Shown in pieces: positions 45,816-54,792 of a stretch of 64,000 nucleotides of DNA. Origin of the DNA: Candidatus Latescibacterota bacterium (GTDB lineage: Bacteria; Latescibacterota; UBA2968; GCA-2709665); assembly GCA_965222075.1 (NCBI GenBank), contig OZ244937.1, forward strand, positions 2,272,001 through 2,336,000. The letters are read 5' to 3'. Both the position numbers and the translations under genes were made by a program. A model generated the notes under the pieces. It was not told the origin of the DNA, ran no database searches, and worked only from the letters and a program-made list of their open reading frames with translations. Each line of letters opens with the position of its first letter. Position 1 is the first letter of the stretch.

Positions 45816-46715
45816 TCACATTTCACGGTTTCCGGACATGGCGAATCGGATCGCCCCGGGCAGCGCCTCCACATCCAGGGTTGCATCGCCCGCCACCGCC
45901 TCTCCGTCCACCTGCAACGGACCGGGTGCCGGCTGCACGATCCGAAGCGCCCGCGTCCGGAACAACCGTACACCCGACATCCTATCGACCGTACCGGTGA
46001 AAAGCCGGGGGATGTGCCCTAAGGCCCGCAGCGGCCCCACGTCTTCGATCACACACAGGTCGAGCAGGCCGTCGTCCGGACGGGCCCCCGGAGCAATAAT
46101 CACGCCGTTGCCGTACTGTGCCGTATTGGCCACCGTCAAAATCGCAGGTCGCGTCCGAACCGTCGCCCCCCCATCTAAGATAACCTCCACCTCTTTGGGG
46201 GTATATGACCAGAACGCCGCCACACTCAGTGCCACATAAGGCAAAAGCCCGCGGCGGCCCGACCTGTTGTTGTAGCGCCAACACACCTCCGCATCCAGCC
46301 CCACGCCGGCCGTTGAAAAAAAAATCTTATCCCCAATCCGGCCCACATCCATCGGTCGGACATCGGCCTGGAGCAGTGCCCTGCAGGCCTGCGCCGGATC
46401 AAGAGAGATGCCCAGCGCACGGGCAAGCGCATTTCCCGACCCCAGCGGCAGCAGGCCCAGCGCCGTCTCCCGTTCCACCAGCCCCCTGCCCACTTCGTTC
46501 AGCGTCCCATCTCCCCCCACAGCCACCACCAGCCCGACCCCCTCATCGGCCGCCTCCCGGGCCAGCACCGTCCCGTGTCCGCGGTACGCTGTACAGACCG
46601 TCTCAAATACAATGCCCGTCCCGCTCAATACCCCCCGGATGACGGCCTCCACATCCCCGCGCCGGTTCCCCGCCAGAGGGTTCTTGATAAAACACATGCT
46701 CGAAAATCGGTTCAC
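45816..46715 (-). CDS. diacylglycerol/lipid kinase family (YegS/BmrU-like)
   Basis: NPLAG, GGDGTLNEV, PLGSGNALA, QYGNG, DDGLLD, QVDGE. Confidence 0.9.
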   Translation of the reverse strand: MNRFSSMCFIKNPLAGNRRGDVEAVIRGVLSGTGIVFETVCTAYRGHGTVLAREAADEGVGLVVAVGGDGTLNEVGRGLVERETALGLLPLGSGNALARALGISLDPAQACRALLQADVRPMDVGRIGDKIFFSTAGVGLDAEVCWRYNNRSGRRGLLPYVALSVAAFWSYTPKEVEVILDGGATVRTRPAILTVANTAQYGNGVIIAPGARPDDGLLDLCVIEDVGPLRALGHIPRLFTGTVDRMSGVRLFRTRALRIVQPAPGPLQVDGEAVAGDATLDVEALPGAIRFAMSGNREM

Positions 46716-47305
46716 CTCACACCCAGCCGTTTCACCAAAACCTGGCCGATATCCATCAGGATCTTGTAGGCAACCTGGGAAACATCGACGGTCTGAATCA
46801 ATCTTTCGGGATAGTGCGCCAGGGTCTCCCCGGTCTGCTGGTCGTAAACCTTGAACCGGTTGCGAATAACCTCCTCGTTGGCATCATCTTCCCGGCCCTC
46901 CACCACCGCACGCCCCTGCAGGCGCCTGATCAGAATGTCCCGATCCGGACAGTCCAGAGAGAGAATCAACACAACCCCTAAGTCGTCCTTCACCATCCTG
47001 GCCTGAGCCCGGGTGCGCGGCAGACCGTCCAGCACCAGGTGCTGCTCATCCGGTTTAAAATCTCCAGACGCAATCAACGTCTGCATATATTCGCGCCAGA
47101 GGGCCACGGCATGTTCGTCAGGGACCAGCTCTCCCTTGCGAATGTAGGAAAGGGCGAGTTGCCCCACTTCGCTGGTCGGCGTCAGCCCCCGAAACATGTC
47201 GCCTGTGGACACATGGGAAAAGCCCGGAACCTTTCCCAGAATATCGCCCCAGGTTCCCTTGCCCGATCCGGGCGGTCCAAAGAGTAAAATCGTCTGGTAG
47301 GCCAT
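46712..47305 (-). CDS. adk: adenylate kinase
   Basis: GPPGSGKGT, HVSTGDMFR, GELVPD, LDGLPRT, REDD; ATG at 47305. Confidence 0.85.
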   Translation of the reverse strand: MAYQTILLFGPPGSGKGTWGDILGKVPGFSHVSTGDMFRGLTPTSEVGQLALSYIRKGELVPDEHAVALWREYMQTLIASGDFKPDEQHLVLDGLPRTRAQARMVKDDLGVVLILSLDCPDRDILIRRLQGRAVVEGREDDANEEVIRNRFKVYDQQTGETLAHYPERLIQTVDVSQVAYKILMDIGQVLVKRLGVR

Positions 47306-47488
47306 CTGCACTCCGATGATCAGGGTTGAACACAACACCGCTAACAGCGAAACATTATCATTTCGCGCAAGAAAATCAAGCCCTTTTTGAACCCGGGTGG
47401 GGAGACGATCCGGTGAGCCGGAGGCAGGCGTGAGCCAATCGTCCGGGGTAGGGTAGACGCAGAGAGTGCGGAGAGATGTATTTTGGCC

Positions 47489-47517
47489 TTGACTGCTGAC
47501 CATCCGTGCAGTATATT
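47489..47517 (+). promoter_or_regulatory. sigma70 promoter of the HD gene
   Basis: TTGACT-N17-TATATT. Confidence 0.7.
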
Positions 47518-47571
47518 AACCGGTGGCCAAGCCCTGCAAATTGGTTCACCGGACCTTGAAAGGACGCTCAA

Positions 47572-48804
47572 ATGGTCATTCGGGACCCCGTCCACGGAGA
47601 CCTCCGCTTCACCGATGCGGAACGCCGCGTTATGGACACCTACCAGATGCAGCGCCTGCGGGGCATCCGGCAGACCGGCACGGCCTACCTGGTCTACCCG
47701 GGGTGTGTGCACACCCGATTCGAACACTCGCTGGGGACCTCTGCAATGGCCAGGCGCATCGTCTGCGCCCTCCGGGACAACGGCGTGGCGGTTCGCGCCG
47801 AGCAGGAGGCGGTTGTGGTGCTCGCAGCGCTCGTCCACGACATTTCCCACCTTCCTTTCGGCCATACCTTCGAAGACGAGCGCAAACTCTTCCCCCGGCA
47901 CGATACGGTGGAACGCCTGCGGCACTTCCTGTCTCAGGACGAACTGGCAGATGCTCTGAAGGCCTCGGGATTTCCAGATGAAGTCTTCGCCCTGCTGACC
48001 GACCGTCGGTTCGATCCCCCCTGGATGCGGCAGATCATCTCCAGCACCGTTGACGCCGACCTGCTCGACTACCTCCGCAGAGACGCTTATTTTGCAGGAC
48101 TGCGGCAGGACTACGACGACCGGATCTTCAGCACCTTTACCGTTGCAGAGGGAAACCTGGCCATCAACATGGCCAGGCTGAGCACGCGCACCGAATTGCT
48201 GCACCTGCTCCGCCTCCGCTACTTTTTAACCGAACGGGTCTACTACCACCACGCCAAAGTCGTCTCCGGGGCCATGATCGCCAAGGCCGTGGAACTGGCA
48301 GTGGAAGGAGGACTAACCGAAAAGGATCTCTACGACCTGACGGACGACGCCCTGCTGCGGACCCTCATAGGACGGGGAGAGGCACGCATCGAACGCCTCA
48401 TCAAAGGGGTCATGCACCGCAAGCTGCTCAAACGCGCCTACCTCATCTCCGCAGCCGAAGTGGGCCGCCGGGACCGCGACGAACTGATTGCCACCTACAA
48501 CCGATCGGTGGAGGCCCGGAAGCGGACCGAGCGGGAAATCGCCGACGCAGTCGTCCTCGACCCCGACCAGGTCATCCTCTACTGTCCCGATATCTCCTCG
48601 ATCAAAGAGGCCAGGGTATTTATCGAAACCCGCGACGGACTGCGACGCCTCAACGAACCCCTCGACAGCCCCCCATTCGACGTCAAGGCCGTGGAGGACC
48701 AGTACGAGAGACTCTGGAAACTCTACGTATTCGCACCTGAAGGCTACCGCGAGCGGGTGGGAAAGATCTGCGAAAGGATCTTTGGTGAACCCAACGCACT
48801 CTAG
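47572..48804 (+). CDS. HD-domain phosphohydrolase (COG1078/SAMHD1-like dNTPase family)
   Basis: IRDPVHG, MQRLRGIRQ, HTRFEHSLG, HDISH.PF.H..E, DAD.LDYL.RD, VYYH. Confidence 0.88.
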   Translation: MVIRDPVHGDLRFTDAERRVMDTYQMQRLRGIRQTGTAYLVYPGCVHTRFEHSLGTSAMARRIVCALRDNGVAVRAEQEAVVVLAALVHDISHLPFGHTFEDERKLFPRHDTVERLRHFLSQDELADALKASGFPDEVFALLTDRRFDPPWMRQIISSTVDADLLDYLRRDAYFAGLRQDYDDRIFSTFTVAEGNLAINMARLSTRTELLHLLRLRYFLTERVYYHHAKVVSGAMIAKAVELAVEGGLTEKDLYDLTDDALLRTLIGRGEARIERLIKGVMHRKLLKRAYLISAAEVGRRDRDELIATYNRSVEARKRTEREIADAVVLDPDQVILYCPDISSIKEARVFIETRDGLRRLNEPLDSPPFDVKAVEDQYERLWKLYVFAPEGYRERVGKICERIFGEPNAL

Positions 48805-48977
48805 TGTAAGAGTGCCCCACCCCACGACTCACCACGCTTCAACGCCGCCACCCGCCGGCGCGCCTTCCCGTTCGTCCGTCTCACATCGCCCCTCCAATTG
48901 CTGACCACTCAAAAAAACAAAAGCCCTTCCTTCGCAGAGAAAGAAAGGCCTCTTTCTTCGCCATTTCGAAGTTCCCC

Positions 48978-49532
48978 TCAAACCTCGCCTTCGGCTTCCA
49001 ATCGCTGTCCGGGATGCTTCATCCGCCCAAACAGGGGCAGGCGGGCGCGTCCTTCTTCCTCCAGCTTCTTGTGGCACGACCGGCAGACCGAAATCAGGTT
49101 GCTCAACACATTGGCGTCCGATGCCGAGGCGAACATCCGCACAGGCGTCAGGTGATGCACATCCAGCTGGCGTTTCAACGCTTCCTCCGTAACGCCGCAG
49201 GCCCGGCAGCGGTACCCGTCCCGCTCGCGGGCCCGGGCCGCCTGAGCCGCCCAGTTGCCCCCCCGGTACTCCGGGCGCCCCTCCAGACGCAGCCGAAACG
49301 GTTCATCCGTCTGTTCCTCCTCCCACGCCGCCCGGCACGCGTCGCTGCAAAAATAGAGCCGCATCCCCTTCTCGGCATACCAGCGGGGCAGGGGAAACCG
49401 CACCCCACACGCCTGGCACCGGACCTGCACCTCCTCCTCCCGGCGCGCCGCTTGCTCATCCGCAAAGGCCAGCCGCATCTGCGGCGACACAGCAGCAGGT
49501 CCTTTCTTACATTCGGATCTTCGTTTCGACAT
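48978..49532 (-). CDS. HNH endonuclease with N-terminal zinc-binding (TRASH-like) motif
   Basis: CQACG..FCSDAC, then RERDGYRCRACG..LDVHH..NLISVCRSCH. Confidence 0.85.
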   Translation of the reverse strand: MSKRRSECKKGPAAVSPQMRLAFADEQAARREEEVQVRCQACGVRFPLPRWYAEKGMRLYFCSDACRAAWEEEQTDEPFRLRLEGRPEYRGGNWAAQAARARERDGYRCRACGVTEEALKRQLDVHHLTPVRMFASASDANVLSNLISVCRSCHKKLEEEGRARLPLFGRMKHPGQRLEAEGEV

Positions 49533-49704
49533 CGCAGTTTAAAATTGCGGCCTAACCACAACCACCGCACTGTCTCCTGGAGAAGGGCGGCACCCGCACC
49601 GAAACTAAGGCGCTGCCCGTCTCGGTCAGGAAAGCAGGCGCGACCCCCTCAAACGGCTTGCTGGTCCACCCTGACCACACGGCTCAGCTTCCCTTCGTCT
49701 TTGG

Positions 49705-49734
49705 AATATAGGGAAGATTGTCAGGGGAAGTCAA
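49705..49734 (-). promoter_or_regulatory. sigma70 promoter of the HNH gene
   Basis: minus strand TTGACT-N18-TATATT. Confidence 0.55.
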
Positions 49735-50035
49735 CGTCAATCGTTATGCGGCCCTTGCCGCATCTGCGGGAACGGCACTTTTTTCTCAACATCTCTTCCA
49801 AAAACCGTTCACAGTATGGATCTCCTCCACCGTCGTTCGACTAACCTGTTGTCTCTTATTCGGGTTCTGAAGATCTCCTTGCGAACAACTTTTTTGAACC
49901 GAATCCGAACGCCTGCCAAACACGTACCAAACGTTGCTCACGCCTTAAAAAAAATTTTCTGATTCAATGCGCTTAAGTTTCAAGACCTTATCGCATTGAC
50001 GATGAAATTTATGCACATTTTCTCAAAATAAGTCC

Positions 50036-50064
50036 TTGACTCCCTCGCCCTCTGCATATATATT
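50036..50064 (+). promoter_or_regulatory. sigma70 promoter firing into a region with no credible ORF
   Basis: TTGACT-N17-TATATT, same hexamers as the promoter at 47489. Confidence 0.7.
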
Positions 50065-50070
50065 CTATCT

Positions 50071-50884
50071 GGTTGTGCCAATATGGTGAACACTTTTTCT
50101 GCGTATGAGTTCAAGTAAATCAAAGGGTTACAGCCGGACGAACTTTTCTCTTTAAATTCAGCCCACCCCCTGAGTTTGAAGAAAAAGTCGCTGGTTTCAA
50201 ACAGGCTTGTATTTTAACGACTTACCATTTCCAAGCCGTTAAGAACGTACCAAAAAGTGTTCACAGTATTGTCTTGCAAAGAACCATATCAGGCGAATAC
50301 TACGTCTAAGCTCAGATGGAAAAGACCTCGATCCATGGGAAGAGAAGCGGGGATCTGGATCGACGTCACCTTAGACTTGTCGGCTCTTGCTTAATCGAAG
50401 ATCTTCTAAAGCACCCGAGGTCACCTGCCCTCACCAGCAGAACAGGTTCACTTTCTCTTCCAGCGGTCGGAACTACCCGGCGGCTATCCCCCTTTTTTTC
50501 AGATTCTCCAGACGTTAACAACCCCAACCAAACGCTTACTCATCTCAGGTGTCTTCATGCGGTTCCCAGAGCGAGGTCTGTACGTCACAACATCGTGTAG
50601 CCCTCTCTCTACACTCACGCGTTTGGTAGATCCCCAAAGAGATACGGGCGGCATGGAGGTCACCGATGGCTTTATTCGGATAGACCTGACCCGGGGGAGG
50701 TAGACACGTTTCTCTGCGGTCAGCCATAGGATTATTGGGGGAGATAATGCTATGACCTGCACCGATATAACAAGAGAACACAGTTTCCCCTCTGATGCAT
50801 TCCAGTTCTAATCCGAATACCCGGCCTTCACGTACCTCCATCCGCCCTCTTTTTCTCCAGCGGCCCTCCGGGCCGCTTTTTCTA
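50071..50884 (+). ncRNA. candidate large structured non-coding RNA (unassigned)
   Basis: own promoter and terminator, no credible ORF, several long nested helices with G-U wobbles on the + strand. Confidence 0.55.
50859..50884 (+). terminator. intrinsic terminator (+ strand)
   Basis: AGCGGCCC-tcc-GGGCCGCT followed by TTTTCT. Confidence 0.65.
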
Positions 50885-50891
50885 TACCCAT

Positions 50892-50917
50892 AAAAAAACC
50901 GGCCACAAAAGCCGGTT
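50892..50917 (-). terminator. intrinsic terminator of comEC
   Basis: minus strand AACCGGC-ttttgtg-GCCGGTT-TTTTT right after the comEC stop. Confidence 0.7.
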
Positions 50918-50936
50918 CTCACGCTCAAGCAGAAAA

Positions 50937-53324
50937 TTACCGCCTCGTGAGCCATCCCTCTGCCCGCATCTCTTCTCCGTCGATCACGATCTGAATCGCC
51001 CCCACTTTGTCCGTCCGGAAGATTGTAAGCCCCATCTGCTCGTATCGGCGGATCACCTCGGGGGCAGGATGTCTGAATTTGTTGTCCACACCGCATGAAA
51101 CGGTTACCAGTTGGGGGCGCACAGCCGCTAAGAAGGCCGCTGTTGAGGAGGTGCGCGATCCGTGGTGGGCCGCCTTCAGCACCTCCGCCCGGAGCCGCTC
51201 TTCCCACCTCAGCAAATCCCGGTCGGTCTCGTGTTCGATATCTCCAGTCAAAAGAACCGCCTTCCCCCCAAAGGTAATCCGCAACACCACCGACCCGTTG
51301 TTCAGCCCGTGCGGGGCCTCCCCATCCATTGAGACATAAGCAGGCGTGGGATGGAGCACCAGCGCCCCTGCTCCCCCCAGGCCAACCAGGCTGTCCCCTG
51401 CGGCCACCGCCTGATATGCAATGCCCCGCTCCCGGATCAACGTCCGAATCCGCCGGGCGGTCCACGACCCATAGGTCTGTCCCCCATCCAGGTAGTGCCC
51501 CACCTCGAACCGCTCCAAAAGCGTCACCAGTCCTCCGATGTGGTCGCTGTGTGGATGAGACGCCACGACAATGTCGATTCGTCGGATGCCGCGTTCCCTC
51601 AGAAACGGCACCAGCACCCGTTCCCCCACATCGATCCCCACCGTCCGCAAGCCCCCATCAACCATCATCGTCCGCCCGTTGGGGAACCTCAGGAAAACCC
51701 CATCCCCCTGGCCCACATCCAGCACCACGACCTCTAAGCCGGAAGGCCTCTGAAAAATACCGCTCCAAACCCACAGGTTGGCCAGTCCCAGACAGCAGAA
51801 GACCAGATATCGCCCGGCAGTTTGCCGACGTACCTCCGGCACAATCAACATCAGCAAACAGAAGTAGAGGCCGGTGCCAACCCACGCCGGCTTCGGCACC
51901 TCCACAAAGGCCCAGGTCGGCCTGGACAGGAGGTCTGCCGCACCGATCGCTCCCTTCAAAACAGCCCAGTTCGCCCCGTTAAACAGCGTGGCGATCGGCT
52001 CTAAGAAAACCGAATAACAGAGGACCGAAAGCAACCCCAGCGCAACAGCGGCTCCCATCAGCGGCACAACGATCAGATTGGCCAGAAGTGAAATGGACGC
52101 TAAGTGTCCAAAGTAGGTGGCCACAAACGGCGCCGTCCCCGCCTGCGCCGCCAGAGAGACCGCTAAGGGCGTACAGATCCACTTCCCCCACAGCCCCCTG
52201 TCACTGCCCGGCATCCACGCCCGTATCGGTCTGTAAAAAAGGAGAATCGCCCCGGTCGCTGCAAAAGAGAGCTGAAACCCCACATCGAACAGATCCTGCG
52301 GCCGAACGGCCAGCAGCACCAACCCCGCGGTTCCCAGCGTATTCAACCCCTCTCCCTCCCGGTCCCCCAGCGTCCCCAAAATGGCGATAGACCCCATCGT
52401 CGACGCCCGAATGACCGAAGGCGGCAATCCCGTCACCAGCGCATACATCAACAGCGCCCCCACCGTGGTCAGGCTGGTGCCCCGCCGACCGATCCCCAGA
52501 GTCCGCAAACCAAAGAAAACCGACGCGGCAATCAGGCCCACGTGCAGCCCCGAAACGGCAAGGACGTGGTTTACCCCAGACCGTGTAAACGCCTCTCGAA
52601 CCTCTTCCGGAATGCCCCGTTTCTCCCCCAGCAACACCCCCTTTAAAAGCCCCGCCGGCCCGCCCGAAAGGTTCAGGTCAACCGCCCGACGCACGGCCCG
52701 GCGAACCGGTAACACCACCCCCTTCCAAAACCCGTTCCCTCCCCCCCGCACCACCTCCAGAATCTGCTCTGGATGCCGCACCCTGCCCATCCCGTAAATC
52801 CCCTTTCGTTTCAAATAGTCCCGATAGTCGAACGCTCCGGGGTTCCGGGCCGGGGAGGGCCGCCGAAGCCGAAGCCGCAGGCGTACCCAATCTCCATAAT
52901 CCAGCTTTGGATTCACCTTTCGGAAACGGATCAACGCCTCCCCACAACTCGCAAAAACCGAATCGCCCACAACCACCTGCTCAACCGACAGCAGGACCCT
53001 CAGATCCTCCCGAACCCACTCCGGCTCCCCGGCAACGGCGCCCGCCACCTCGACGTTGCCTTCCCGCCCGGTAAACCGTATGAGGTGATGCACCGGTAAC
53101 CTCTGGGTGACGATCTCGTAACGCATCGTCCCCAGCACGCAAAACAAACATCCCAACAGCTCCCCCATTCGTCGATGCCCCCATCCCCCCCAAATGCCCA
53201 TCACAGCAACCAGAAAAAGCATCCCGGCACCCCCCAGGAGCAGTTCCGCCGGAAGGCTCCACCGGTGCCCGATGAGCACCCCTGTCGCAAAGTACACCGC
53301 CGCTGCCAGAGCCGGACGCCGCAT
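50937..53324 (-). CDS. comEC: DNA internalization competence protein ComEC/Rec2
   Basis: RNPGAFDY, HVLAVSGLHVG, GFQLSF, DVGQGD, SHPHSDHIGG, HHGSRTS; start 53324 or 53351. Confidence 0.93.
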   Translation of the reverse strand: MRRPALAAAVYFATGVLIGHRWSLPAELLLGGAGMLFLVAVMGIWGGWGHRRMGELLGCLFCVLGTMRYEIVTQRLPVHHLIRFTGREGNVEVAGAVAGEPEWVREDLRVLLSVEQVVVGDSVFASCGEALIRFRKVNPKLDYGDWVRLRLRLRRPSPARNPGAFDYRDYLKRKGIYGMGRVRHPEQILEVVRGGGNGFWKGVVLPVRRAVRRAVDLNLSGGPAGLLKGVLLGEKRGIPEEVREAFTRSGVNHVLAVSGLHVGLIAASVFFGLRTLGIGRRGTSLTTVGALLMYALVTGLPPSVIRASTMGSIAILGTLGDREGEGLNTLGTAGLVLLAVRPQDLFDVGFQLSFAATGAILLFYRPIRAWMPGSDRGLWGKWICTPLAVSLAAQAGTAPFVATYFGHLASISLLANLIVVPLMGAAVALGLLSVLCYSVFLEPIATLFNGANWAVLKGAIGAADLLSRPTWAFVEVPKPAWVGTGLYFCLLMLIVPEVRRQTAGRYLVFCCLGLANLWVWSGIFQRPSGLEVVVLDVGQGDGVFLRFPNGRTMMVDGGLRTVGIDVGERVLVPFLRERGIRRIDIVVASHPHSDHIGGLVTLLERFEVGHYLDGGQTYGSWTARRIRTLIRERGIAYQAVAAGDSLVGLGGAGALVLHPTPAYVSMDGEAPHGLNNGSVVLRITFGGKAVLLTGDIEHETDRDLLRWEERLRAEVLKAAHHGSRTSSTAAFLAAVRPQLVTVSCGVDNKFRHPAPEVIRRYEQMGLTIFRTDKVGAIQIVIDGEEMRAEGWLTRR

Positions 53325-53567
53325 GACCACTCCCCTTCTTCCCATCCCCACCCCAGGTGCGAGTTGTGAGCAGCAAGTTCAAGTTGAATGCGGTGGGATG
53401 GGGTGGGGTGGGATGGGATACGCGTAACTCCTCACTCGCTGCAATCCCGTGCAATTTCCATACCGTCCTCCTAAAGCCTCAAAAATGGCCTCCAGATCCT
53501 CTCAGAGGAGAACATTCCGTTCACTTCACAGAACGGATCTTTCACCGTCCACCCTCCCAATATTTGT

Positions 53568-53596
53568 TTGACAATAGATACATGAGATGGTATATT
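53568..53596 (+). promoter_or_regulatory. sigma70 promoter of the ecfT-truA operon
   Basis: TTGACA-N17-TATATT. Confidence 0.7.
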
Positions 53597-53652
53597 CTCA
53601 AAGCTCAACTGGTTGCTTTTCAGGGAGGTTAGAAGGTTATAGGCTCTGTAAC

Positions 53653-54030
53653 TTGCCAATTTTAAAGGACATCCCTCCGGGGCGGTACATCCCGGGAAAA
53701 TCACCGCTTCACCGTCTGGATACCCGGGTCAAAATTGTAGGTGCCGCAGCCTTTATGGGGTGCTATTCGGGTGCGGCGCTGGCCGGTTTTCTCACCCTGT
53801 TGAGCCTGCTTGGCAGATCCTGCGGATTTGCAGCTCCTGGTGGGCAACCTGAAGCCGCTTGTGCCCCTCCTCACTTCTCACCCTTGGGCTCAACGCCCTC
53901 ATAACGCCGGGAACGGCGGCTTACCTCCTGGGCCTGGATGAACGGACCTGGGAAGGCATCGACTATGCCGCGCTGATCGCCACGCCCCTGGCCGCCGGCC
54001 TGATCCTGAGTGCGGGCCGTTTCTGATTCC
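53653..54030 (+). pseudogene. ecfT: decayed ECF transporter transmembrane component T
   Basis: LKDIPPGRYIPGKSPLHRLDTRVKI is an EcfT N-terminus, then the frame collapses; canonical position before truA. Confidence 0.65.
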
Positions 54031-54036
54031 ACCGGT

Positions 54037-54786
54037 ATGCAACGCAACATTCGGCTTATTCTGGAATACGACGGCACAGATTTCAAGGGCTGGCAGGTAC
54101 AGCCCGACCAGCGCACGGTTCAGGGGGAACTTGAAGCCTGTCTTCACCGCCTTTTTGGAACGCCCATTCGTACAATTGCCGCTGGCCGCACCGATACGGG
54201 CGTTCACGCCCTGGGGCAGGTGGCCAACTTTATAACCGTCAATCCCCTCAGCGTTGAGCATATTCAGAATGCCCTCAACAGCATGCTCCCTGCAGATAGT
54301 GCGGTGCGCCATGCCAATGAGGTTCCCCTAAGATTTCACGCCCGTCGGGATGCCAGACGGCGAGAGTACGTTTATCGGATTGAATACGGACGCCGTGCAA
54401 TAGGTCGTCAATATGCCCTGTGCATCCGCTCTCGGCTCGATCTTGAGGCCATGCAGGATGCCGCTGCCAGGCTGCTTGGCCACCACGACTTCACCTCGTT
54501 CTGTGTGGCCGCCTCCGAACGGGAAAACCGGGCGTGTCACCTCTTTGAATCTACCTGGCAGCAGTCGGGAGATGGTGTCCATTTCCACATTGCGGCCAAT
54601 CGCTTCTTGCGGGCGATGGTCCGCAGCATCGTTGGCACCCTGATCCAGGTGGGCAGGGGAGGCCGGTCTGCCGATGATATCACAAAAATCCTGGAGGCCC
54701 GGGACAGACGGTGCGCAGGACCGTCTGCGCCTCCCCACGGCCTCTTCCTGAAGCGGGTCACCTATGAGGACCTGCCAGGAGGGTAG
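54037..54786 (+). CDS. truA: tRNA pseudouridine(38-40) synthase
   Basis: EYDGTDFKGWQ, AGRTDTGVHA, FHAR, GHHDFTSF, FLRAMVR, APPHGLFL. Confidence 0.95.
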   Translation: MQRNIRLILEYDGTDFKGWQVQPDQRTVQGELEACLHRLFGTPIRTIAAGRTDTGVHALGQVANFITVNPLSVEHIQNALNSMLPADSAVRHANEVPLRFHARRDARRREYVYRIEYGRRAIGRQYALCIRSRLDLEAMQDAAARLLGHHDFTSFCVAASERENRACHLFESTWQQSGDGVHFHIAANRFLRAMVRSIVGTLIQVGRGGRSADDITKILEARDRRCAGPSAPPHGLFLKRVTYEDLPGG

Positions 54787-54792
54787 ATCGCT

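Noticed and set aside
48978-49532. IscB/Cas9-type RNA-guided nuclease
   Set aside because: Too short; no PLMP or RuvC motifs; ordinary Zn-finger HNH architecture
49850-50300. Replication origin (AT-rich, IHF site, one TTATGCACA box)
   Set aside because: Only one DnaA-box-like match, no dnaA/dnaN context and no visible skew switch
50316-50600. 94-aa + strand ORF, and micro-ORFs (MALFG at 50665; a 19-aa ORF at ~50752), in the ncRNA region
   Set aside because: The long ORF has no SD and no protein-like features; the micro-ORFs are too short or not hydrophobic enough for a type I toxin. A small peptide cannot be fully excluded.
50071-50884. RNase P RNA, tmRNA, SRP RNA or group II intron
   Set aside because: No GAGGAAAGUCC, tRNA-like ends, SRP domain IV or domain V signature seen on either strand
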